NCBI RefSeq assembly: GCF_009914755.1
Contig: NC_060941.1
Strand: one strand, 5' to 3'
Source: the human T2T-CHM13v2.0 reference genome, Homo sapiens
Length of the DNA stretch: 64,000 bases
Under the pieces are notes generated by a model that was given only the letters and a program-made list of their open reading frames with translations, searched no databases and had not been told where the DNA came from. Shown here piece after piece: positions 52,943 to 64,000 of this stretch. A program made the position numbers and the translations under genes. Each line of letters starts with the position of its first letter. The first letter of the stretch is position 1.

Positions 52943-54003
52943 CCACTCATGTCACTCTAGAGGTAGTGACTGAGGGCCTGGCTGCGTGCCCGACCCTGGG
53001 GTGGGGGTTAAGGCATCACAGAGACGAATCAAAAGTCAGTGCTTGACAAAGGGGCAGCCAAGAAAGCAGAGATGTCCATCAACAGGAGGCAGACAAGCAT
53101 TTGTGCATTTGGCACGGGTCACTTGTGCACCTACTAGGCACCACGCCCAGATGGACAAAACCCGCACAAAATCCCATATTACGGCCTCAGAACAGGACAG
53201 ACAAAATGCCACGAACATCGAGAGATACAATTTCCAGCTGGAGGCAACTGGGGAAGGCTTCCTGGAGGAGAGGGGTCAGCGTGGGGCCCTCGGGGCTGTA
53301 GGGAAAGGCCATCCACCCTCGCTGGGTCCCAGCTTTACTCTACCTCCCTCCAGCAAACGTGCAATGGCTGTCATGTAACTGGCTGGTAGGATGCCATTAT
53401 AACTGCTCTCCACGTTTGCGCCACAGTGCTCCTGGTGCCGTGACTTAACTTCAGAATCGGCCCCTCACTGGCCTATGGTCCCCTTCCCTCGGGCTGGGTC
53501 CCAGGCCACAGGGTGCAGACTGCGAGAATGCACGCCCCTCCCTGCCGCCGGGTGTGGGGGAGAAGGGGGCCGTGTGAATCCCGTTCCCAAGGCCCGGCAC
53601 TCATCTGTCTTAGGTACCACAGGCTCAATACTTGTCTAGGTAAAGCAAGCTCGGACTGGATGAACGATGGCCAGCTGGTCTCCATGGTGACATAAGTGCC
53701 TTCGCAGATGGGTAGCCGAGTTGGGAGTCTTCCCCTGAGACGCTCATCTTTCCCTTCCTCCCTATGGACTGGGGGCTTCCTCTGGGGACAGCGCAGACTT
53801 GCCTTCTCTCCCCCAAGCCCGACTCATTGCTTCCTGGAGTCAATGGTCTTGGGTGGAAGAAGATCTGTGCAAGACAGATGTCCCCAGCAAAAGCAGAAGT
53901 CTGAATTCTAGTCGCTGCAGCCCACCACGGACCCCTCCTCATCTCTGCTGGGTTCAGCTCAGGCTATCCCAACCACCTGGGAAGGGGCCACTCTCCTTCC
54001 TCC

Positions 54004-56430
54004 CTCACTCCTTCCATCCCCTAAACCTGCTCCCCCCCACCCCTTCCACCCCCTACACCTGCTCCCCCACCCCTTCCATCCCCCACACCTGCTCCCCCAC
54101 CCCTTCCATCCCCTACACCTGCTCCCCCCACCCCTTCCATCCCCCACACCTGTTCCCCCACCCCTTCCATCCCCCACACCTGCTCCCCCCACCCCTTCCA
54201 TCCCCCACACCTGTTCCCCCACCCCTTCCATCCCCCACACCTGCTCCCCCCACCCCTTCCATCCCCCACACCTGCTCCCCCACCCCTTCCATCCCCCACA
54301 CCTGCTCCCCCACCCCTTCCATCCCCCACACCTGCTCCCCCCACCCCTTCCATCCCCCACACCTGTTCCCCCACCCTTCCATCCCCCACACCTGCTCCCC
54401 CCACCCCTTCCATCCCCCACACCTGCTCCCCCCACCCCTTCCATCCCCCTACACCTGCTCCCCCCACCCCTTCCATCCCCCACACCTGCTCCCCCACACC
54501 TTCCATCCCCCTACACCTGCTCCCCCACCCCTTCCATCCCCCACACCTGCTCCCCCCACCCCTTCCATCCCCCACACCTGCTCCCCCCACCTTCATCCCC
54601 CACACCTGCTCCCCCACCCCTTCCATCCCCCACACCTGCTCCCCCCACCCCTTCCATCCCCTACACCTTCTCCCCCACCCCTTCCATCCTGCTACACCTG
54701 TTCCCCCCTACCCCTTCCATCCCCCACACCTGCTCCCCCACCCCTTCCATCCCCCACACCTGCTCCCCCACCCCTTCCATCCCCCACACCTGCTCCCCCT
54801 ACCCCTTCCATCCCCCACACCTGTTCCCCCCTACCCCTTCCATCCCCCTACACCTGCTCCCCCCACCCCTTCCATCCCCCACACCTGCTCCCCCCCACCC
54901 CTTCCATCCCCCACACCTGCTCCCCCCACCCCTTCCATCCCCCACACCTGCTCCCCCCACCCCTTCCATCCCCTACACCTTCTCCCCCACCCCTTCCATC
55001 CCGCTACACCTGTTCCCCCCTACCCCTTCCATCCCCCACACCTGCTCCCCCACCCCTTCCATCCCCCACACCTGCTCCCCCACCCCTTCCATCCCCCACA
55101 CCTGCTCCCCCTACCCCTTCCATCCCCCACACCTGTTCCCCCCTACCCCTTCCATCCCCCACACCTGCTCCCCCACCCCTTCCATCCCCCACACCTGCTC
55201 CCCCCACCCTTTCTACCCCCACCTGCTCCCCCCACCCCTTCCATCTCCCACACCTGCTCCCCCCACCCCTTCCATCCCCCTACACCTGCTCCCCCTCCCC
55301 TTCCATCCCCCACACCTGCTCCCCCACCCCTTCCATCCCCCACACGTGCTCCCCCTACCCCTTCCATCCCCCACACCTGTTCCCCCCTACCCCTTCCATC
55401 CCCCACACCTGCTCCCCCACCCCTTCCATCCCCCACACCTGCTCCCCCTACCCCTTCCATCCCCCACACCTGCTCCCCCTACCCCTTCCATCCCCCACAC
55501 CTGTTCCCCCCTACCCCTTCCATCCCCCTACACCTGCTCCCCCCACCCCTTCCATCCCCCACACCTGCTCCCCCCCACCCCTTCCATCCCCCACACCTGC
55601 TCCCCCCACCCCTTCCATCCCCCACACCTGCTCCCCCCACCCCTTCCATCCCCTACACCTTCTCCCCCACCCCTTCCATCCCGCTACACCTGTTCCCCCC
55701 TACCCCTTCCATCCCCCACACCTGCTCCCCCACCCCTTCCATCCCCCACACCTGCTCCCCCACCCCTTCCATCCCCCACACCTGCTCCCCCTACCCCTTC
55801 CATCCCCCACACCTGTTCCCCCCTACCCCTTCCATCCCCCACACCTGCTCCCCCACCCCTTCCATCCCCCACACCTGCTCCCCCCACCCTTTCTACCCCC
55901 ACCTGCTCCCCCCACCCCTTCCATCTCCCACACCTGCTCCCCCCACCCCTTCCATCCCCCTACACCTGCTCCCCCTCCCCTTCCATCCCCCACACCTGCT
56001 CCCCCACCCCTTCCATCCCCCACACGTGCTCCCCCTACCCCTTCCATCCCCCACACCTGTTCCCCCCTACCCCTTCCATCCCCCACACCTGCTCCCCCAC
56101 CCCTTCCATCCCCCACACCTGCTCCCCCTACCCCTTCCATCCCCCACACCTGCTCCCCCTACCCCTTCCATCCCCCACACCTATTCCCCTCTACCCCTTC
56201 CATCCCCCTACACCTGCTCCCCCCACCCCTTCCATCACCCACACCTGCTCCCCCCCACTCCTTCCATCCCCCACAGCTGCTCCCCCACCCCTTCCATCCC
56301 CCACACCTGCTCCCCCCACCCTTTCTACCCCCACCTGCTCCCCCCACCCCTTCCATCCCCCACACCTGCTCCCCCCACCCCTTCCATCCCCCACACCTGC
56401 TCCCCCCACCCCTTCCATCCCCCACACCTG
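54004..56430. repeat. Large C-rich minisatellite, ~30-32-bp unit CACCTGCTCCCCC(C)ACCCCTTCCATCCCCCA, ~75-80 copies, with 680-bp higher-order duplication
   Basis: Directly visible. Identical translated segments are offset by 680 (55004/55684, 55143/55823). Confidence 0.97.
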
Positions 56431-57227
56431 CCAGAGCCCTCCTCAGACGACCTGCAAGACTCCCCCGGCTGGATAAACAGAGCCTGGTGGTAAGGCCCCC
56501 ACGAACAGATGTCACTGCCTTTGGAATTAAAAACATTCCTAGTGGACCATCCCATCCTCCCTCAGCCCCTCCCCAGGCTCTCTGCAAGGGGAGTGAGAGG
56601 GGCTGTCCCCGGGGAGACGTGGGTGGGACCCCGCATTACACCTAGGGAGGGGGTCATGCCACCCAGCACAGCTGTGACTGAGGTAAAATCGGGTTAAGGT
56701 GTTCAGTGGCGGCATCAACGAGGAAAAAAGGTCACATCCTGCCCTGTGCGAGCGGGAGGGGCAAAGGCTGCAGTGGGGCTGCCTCGGTGACAGCTGGGGG
56801 TGGGGACGGCTTCCAGGCAAATCCTCCAGCCTGTGAGCACCAGGAGGAAGGTTCTGCCTCAGAACCTAGAAATGCAGCTGCCGCTTTCCTGGAGTGACCT
56901 CCTTTTTCCCACCAGAACGACGCTCCTCTCCCCCAGCCCACACTTGAACCCCGATTCCTCGTCCTATCCGCTAGCGCAAATGACTCCAGGAGAGGGGGTT
57001 TCTGAGCAGCCAGCTAGACCAAGGCCACAGGCGCCCCAGTGGGGATAGCCTGGGAGCCAGTTGGGGCGGGGAGAGCCCCAAGAGGCCGCCCAGAGAGTCC
57101 AGAGCCCAGGAGGAGCCTGGCACCCAGCTGAGGATGGGGACCGAGGGGATGTGGCTCAGGTCTGCCAAGAACACTCCCTCTCTCAGCACCAGAGGATCAG
57201 GGCACCGGCTGGGCATCAGAGGACCAG

Positions 57228-57320
57228 AGCTGGGGGACAAGAAGGTGCTGGAGGAGAGCAGGGCGGACCCGAGGCTGGGGGGCAAGAAGGTGCTGGAGGA
57301 GAGCAGGGCGGACCCGAGGC
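57228..57320. repeat. 45-bp tandem duplication
   Basis: GCTGGGGG.CAAGAAGGTGCTGGAGGAGAGCAGGGCGGACCCGAG twice. Confidence 0.85.
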
Positions 57321-57761
57321 TTTGGGGGCTGCAGAGAGCCTGCCAGTGGCTCCTGCCCAAAGACAGGTGCAGGCTCCAGGATGAGAGAGAGACAAGCAGG
57401 CCGAGCATGGGAGCCCGGGGTGCCCAGCGCCCACACAGGGCGTGCGAGTTGGGCGGGAGGATGGCACGTTCCGGGGACAGCTGTGGGGGAGTGGGGACGG
57501 GAGTGTCCCCCAACTCGGTGGCTCTGTGGTCACTGCATTCTTACTGTGTGTTCTGACCATTTCCTGTACCGACCCTAACCAAAACCTGCGGACTGGAAGG
57601 CCAAATGTCTTCCCAGAATGAGACACTGAGACTCACTCTAGGTTTTTCTCCCCACCCATCGGATACCTCTGGGTATTTGCAATGTTCAGAGCCTGCATTC
57701 AGCCTGGGGACAGGAGTCACCCAGCAGCCAATGGCAGATTAGACCCTAGGAGCTATGTTTG

Positions 57762-57915
57762 TTTCTTTCTTTCCTTCCTTCCATCCTTCCTTCCTTCCAT
57801 CCTTCCTTCCTTCCATCCATCCACCCATCCATCCATCCATCCACCCATCCATCCACCCACCCACCCATCCTTCCATCCATCCATCCATCCATCCACCCAC
57901 CCACCCATCCATCCA
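57762..57915. repeat. Compound (CTTC)n/(CCAT)n/(CCAC)n microsatellite
   Basis: Directly visible. Confidence 0.9.
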
Positions 57916-60900
57916 GGTGGGGCTGGGAGAGGGGTCCAGGGTGGGCTCAAGGTTGAAGATGGGCACAGTGTAAGGAAGAAGGCAGTCAGGATGAAATCAG
58001 TTGCTCTACGGCCCAGACCTAGGCCTGCCCAAGGTAACCTGCTGTCCTCCCAACTCCCCAAAGGCCTGTGCCGGCTCATAGGGCAGTCCCGAGTACGTGC
58101 TGCTTCTCACACAGCTCCAGCCTCCCTCTGCCTGACCTCCAGCCTCTCTCTGGCCACGTCAGGCTGGTGTCGCCAGGGTGCTCGGTGGTTCTAGGTACGG
58201 AGGAGAGGCTGAAACAGCCCAAGAGCTTGTCTGCTGCAGGAGAAGTGTCCCGACAGCCCGTCCCTGGCAAACCCTAGCGATTCTCACAGCACATTTGGTC
58301 ATGGAAAAGGGTGAAAAATGCACTTGAGCCTTTGGGAACATCTTGCTTATCTAGAACAAAACTCACCCAGGGACAGAGTGGGCAGGGCGTGGCCCCTCAG
58401 TATGCTGTCCCTACCGCTGGAGCCCCCCTGGGCTGCTTGCCTGCTCCTCCTCCCGGGAAGGAGGGGGTGTGGCCGGGTCTCCCAGCACAGCCATAAATTG
58501 CAGCCTGAGGCAGGAGGGGCTGAGGCCTGAAGGTGGGATGGGGTCGCCGAGCCTCCCTGCTCTTTCTTCATTCTGGATTCCCGAACACCTCCCTTCCACC
58601 CAAGCTCCGAGCTCACGGTGGCCAGAAGCAAAGCCCTGGGAGCCAGGGACCTGTGGACTCAACGGCTGTGTTTTTCTCTGGGTTCAGTTTCCACAGCTGT
58701 CAAATCAGGAGCTCGGAACAGACACATGGTCTCCGGTGAGATTTCTTTTCTGCTGAGGACGCACCCCTGCCGTTTTTTCCAAATGAAATTTTATGCCGAC
58801 GTCTCCCTGCCCACCTCGTCGGATAAAAGCAGAAGCAGAGAGAGCAGGCGCCCTGGCTGAAGAGGGGACGTGGGGCCCACTGGCTCACACCTGCTTTTCC
58901 ACCACCCCTCGCCTGCCTTGGGGCTCACGTCCCTCCCCGGAATTCCCACGCCCCACAGGCAGAATCTGAGGCACACCTCAGCGCCCCGCCCTCCTTTCAG
59001 GCATCTACAGCTCAAACCTTAGGTTCCCAGCAGCTCCTAGAGGCAGTTCTCCCGAAGGCCTCGCTCTCCCTCGGGGTGGGGGACGTGGGGGTCTGAGAGA
59101 TTAGGGGCTTTGTAAGGACACCTCTGGGTCAGACGCTGAACCTGCAGCTCCAGTCGTGTCTCTGCTTCTCTCCCTCCTTTGGGAAACTCAGGGCTTTTGC
59201 TCAGTGGCTGTGGGTTCGCCCTGGCAGCCTCGAGAGGGGACAGCACCTGTCTAGTGGGTCAGGCGGGTGTGTCTGGGTCATCTTGCGTCTCCAGCCGCGC
59301 TAGGGTCTTTCCTGAAGCCAGGGCAGCTCAGCACTTGCCTCCGAGGGCGTGAACACGGTGTGCCCATCCCTCCCTGCCCCAGCCCAAAGCTACAGGCTAC
59401 ACTGGGGCTTAGACCCTCGCCCAGCACCACCAATGTCCACGCCCCCAGGCCACGGCAAGGGCGGGGCTGGCCACGAGGGGCTGCTGTGAGTCTGCGGTGG
59501 CCGCAGGCTTGAGGGAGGCCAGCAGAGCCCACCCTAAAGGTGACCCCCGCTCAGCATTCATCTGCAGCCTCAGCCCTAACTCAAGAAATTCTCTGGCAAC
59601 CCTTCTGTGGCATCCTTCTCTTGAAGCTTTCAGAAAACACGGAAAGTGGGACAACCCTGGAGCTGATCCTTTGGATTCCTAGGAGGAAGCAGCAGCCTCC
59701 GCCAGCAGGGAGGTTAGCGGCTCACGGGGAGGAATCTATGTCTGCGGCTTTCGCCTCGGCGAGTTCGCTGAATGCCACGGACCCGAGAGGACACTCTCTG
59801 AAGGGTCACCCGAGGTTGGCCGGCTAAGATCAAACCCAGGTCCCGTGCCTCTGAGTCTGGGAGCCCGGCACCCAGAGCTGAGAACACCTTTTTTTGGTCT
59901 GTCGGGAGGCTGGATGTTCTCAGGGCCTGACTGCATCGGCTCCTGAGGTCCTGTCTGGACCGGCTTCTCTGCATGGTGCCCACCCTTCAGAGGCGGGTCA
60001 GGGGGAGCGGGCGCCAAGCCTGCCTGCTGAGGCGGCACTTCCCAGGGGTGGAGGGGAGCGGGGGGAGCCGACTCACACCTCCATCTGCTTCCTGCTGGAT
60101 GCTTCCTGCCCAGAATCCACTGGGCAGAGTCCAGGCTCCCAAAATCAGGAACACCTGGGCGATGGAGGCAGCTGAGCAGGGCTGACGAGAGAGGTTCGTG
60201 CCCCACGTTTGGAAAAGCTTTCGACGGCAGGGCAGGCACTCTCGAGGGACCCTCCCCCGACTTCCCCCACCCAGGACAGTCTCTGCTGCCCACTCTCCAA
60301 GGAGAACCAGGCGTCTAGACCTGCCTTGAAGAGGGACAGCAGGTGGGAGTCTGGGCTGGAGAACAAATGTGCCCGAAACAGCTGGGGTGGGCAGGGCCAG
60401 AGCAGGACAATGGCTGCAGTCACGGGGCCCTGGGAGGAAGTGGAGAGTCAGCAGGAAGTAGAACCAGGCCTGGGGCTCAGCCTCCACGGTCCCTATGTGC
60501 CTGGGGAACTGGCACAGGGGTGGGGGTGGCGGCAGAGGGAAGAGCCCCACGTGGGCCAGCTGTGAGGGTGGCAAGCAGCAGGGAGGCGGAACTCCTAAGC
60601 CAGGAGCCGAGGCGGGGCCTGACATGCACTCCTGGCCTTGGCGGGCGCCGACGCGGGCTGATCTTCCAGGGAGAGGTCACTCCGGTGTCCCACGACAGGG
60701 AGCTATGGGGGCTGTGAGTGCCAGGGCAGGGGTTGGGGACGGGAGAGATGGAACCAAAGGGAAAGGCCTGTGTTCCTTCCCAGTTGAATCAAGGCCTCCC
60801 TCAGGGCCAGGGGCCCGGCTGTGGTCAGTGTGGCCCACGCGTGAGGCCTGGAACGGGGAAGCACTGAGGACCCACGTTACCGGCCGTCGATCATCTTCCT

Positions 60901-61710
60901 GGGAGGGGTCCCAGTACCACTATGAAGAACGAGAGGGGGCCGGAGCTGGAAGGGGCTCTGGGCTCACAACCCAGGGCCCCCAGGACGCACGCGCAGGACC
61001 CTCAGGCAGGGTCGAATGGGGACAAGACACCCCTTGGGGGTCAGAGGGAGGGAAGTGGGGCAGGGGAGCCCTTGACTCCTGCCCTGGCGGGCTCCGGCCC
61101 CACGTTCTCTGCAAGCTTCCTCGTGCTCTCCAGAGTAATTGAAACCAGAAGCTGCTCCCCAGCCGCTGACAAAGGCCCCTTGTTTCCGACCACACCAGGC
61201 CAAGCTCAGAGCTGCCGTGCTGGGTCATGGCAGGGAAACCTCGGGCCAGCCGGCATTGAGGGCCCCAGCCTTGACTTCCCCGCCCCTGCTATGAGGTTGG
61301 TTCAGCAAAGCCAGTCTGACCCCATCAGCTTAAGAAAATAATGCTGCCTCGGCCAGCCAAAGGCCCCGACCCAGGGGACCACTTATAGGTGACAGCCTTT
61401 AGGAGGGGGCTGCTGGACAAGTGACACCCAGAACCACTGGAAGGGGGTGGGGGACAGGGTGCCTGAACCCGCCAGCTTAGGGCAAACCACGTACTGACTC
61501 CATGCCAGGCCCCGGGTCCAGGGTTTCATGGACCCTCACATTCAGTCCTCTTACAGCCCATCTGACAGGTCAGGAAGCTGAGGCTCAGAGGCAAAGATAC
61601 TCGCTCTGTTCTCCCAACTAACGATGGAGAAAGCTAGACTCAGCCCCGCAAGATCTGTCTGGCCTCAAAACCCCGGCAACACTGGCTAACGATCCAAGTT
61701 CTCGTTTTCC

Positions 61711-62550
<840 letters not shown>

Positions 62551-62927
62551 GAAACTGAGATGCCAAGAAGTCAAGGGACCAGAGGTTGTTCCCGCGGCCT
62601 CAGGGTGACTGCGTCTGCATTCGATGCACCTAAACCACTGACCAGGGGAGGAAAGAGCTGACCCAGGAAGAAGGGTGAAGGGGTCAAGGGGCAGGGACAC
62701 TTGGCCGGGAGGGGGAGAGAAGGCCGAGGCAGGGGGCCCAACTGTGTGCTTCAACTACAGGAGACTAATAGTGACCAGTCATGCCCTAGGGTCACGGGTC
62801 CTGCTCATCTATTACAGCTGGGAGGCAGGTGGGGGACAGAGCTTGGGTCTGGAGAGAAGGAGGCTGTGCTGTCTCCATCCTCAGGGACAAGGTTCTTTTT
62901 CTCAACGAAAGGCAAGAGCGTTTTGGG

Positions 62928-64000
62928 TGGAAACAACCCAAATGTGCACGGATGGACGGACGGACAGACGGATAAACAGACATGGCACCTACATCCACGG
63001 ACGGACGGATAAACAGACATGGCACCTACATCCATGAATGGATGGATAAACAGACGTGGCACCTACATCCGCGGACGGATGGATAAACAGACGTGGCAGC
63101 TACATCCACGAACGGATGAATAAACAGACGTGGCACCTACATCCACGAACGGATGGATAAACAGACGTGGCACCTACATCCACGGACGGATGGATAAATA
63201 GACATGGCAGCTACATCCACAGATGGACAGGCGGATAAACAGACGTGGCAGCTACATCCACGGGTGGGTGGACAAACAGATATGGCACCTACATCCACGG
63301 ACGGATGGATAAACAGATGTGGCACCTACATCCACAGATGGACGAACAAATGTGGCACCTACATCCATGGACGGATGGATGGGTAAACAGACATGGCACC
63401 TACGTCCACAGACGGATGGATGGACGAAGAGACGTGGCACCTACATCCACGGACAGACAGAAGGACAAACAGACGTGGCACCTACATCCACAGATGGATG
63501 GATAAATAGACGTGGCACCTACATCCACGGATGGATGGATGGATAAACAGACATGGCACCTACATTCACGGACGGATGGATGGATAAACAGATGTGGCAC
63601 CTATATCCACAGACGGATAAACAGACGTGGCACCTACATCCACGGACGGACGGGCAGATAAAGAGACGTGGCATCTACATCCAGGGAAATTGTATCCAGC
63701 CTCAGAAAGGGAGGAAATTCAGACACACAACGGCATATGGGTGAAGCTCAAGGACATGAGGAGGACAAATGCTGTCTGATTCCACCTACGTAAGGTTCCC
63801 AGACTGGACAAATTCGTACAGACAGAAAGCAGGCAGGTGGTTACTGGAGGCTAAGGGTGCAGGAGTGGGGAGTTATGATTTAATGGGGATGGGGTTTCGG
63901 CTGGGAAGGGCCAACAAGTTCTGGATATGCACACTGGCAACGGCTGCACAGCACCAAATCCACCTATGGCCACGGAGCTGTGCACCCAAAAATTATTATT
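62928..64000 (+). mobile_element. L1M (L1MB-like) 3' fragment containing an internal minisatellite
   Basis: TGGAAACAACCCAAATGT...CAGCCTCAGAAAGGGAGGAAATTCAGACAC...GACAGAAAGCAGG...TTTAATGGG...AAGTTCTGGA. Confidence 0.75.
62946..63683. repeat. ~37-bp minisatellite (33-45-bp variants), ~19 copies
   Basis: GGATAAACAGACGTGGCACCTACATCCACGGACGGAT repeated. Confidence 0.95.

Noticed and set aside
53799-56645. 948-aa proline-rich ORF and overlapping ORFs
   Set aside because: Translation of a C-rich minisatellite that lacks stop codons by composition; the frame cycles with unit length and no gene structure is seen

Overview
Human (primate) genomic DNA, recognisable from the encoded proteins as 17p13.3. 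It holds the complete 4-exon TIMM22 gene on + (CDS 15831-19779, 194 aa) behind a CpG-island promoter. Converging on it from - are the last seven coding exons of ABR (end of C2 region, RhoGAP domain, C-terminal STDV motif; 31753 to 24768) and its 3' UTR. Everything above 31753 is one long ABR intron. That intron contains MIR3183 (41065-41148) and a CpG island with an alternative ATG exon (50390-50247) that splices in frame to give a 310-aa GAP-only ABR. The rest is Alu-dense, with a solo ERVK-type LTR, ERVL pol remnants, Tigger1, MER, L1, L2 and MIR fragments, and an unusually large number of minisatellites. No prokaryotic-type system, CRISPR array or novel protein-coding gene is supported. The most interesting unexplained structures are: (1) two minisatellites in consecutive ABR introns that each replicate the exon's own 5' splice site, one of which also replicates a perfect CRE palindrome; (2) a ~1.4-kb TAATCC-motif array upstream of TIMM22; (3) a G4/E-box minisatellite with a 680-bp higher-order repeat; (4) an ~80-bp non-Alu inverted repeat; (5) a probable TIMM22/ABR 3'-3' overlap. 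Repeat family names and boundaries were assigned by eye and need RepeatMasker confirmation.
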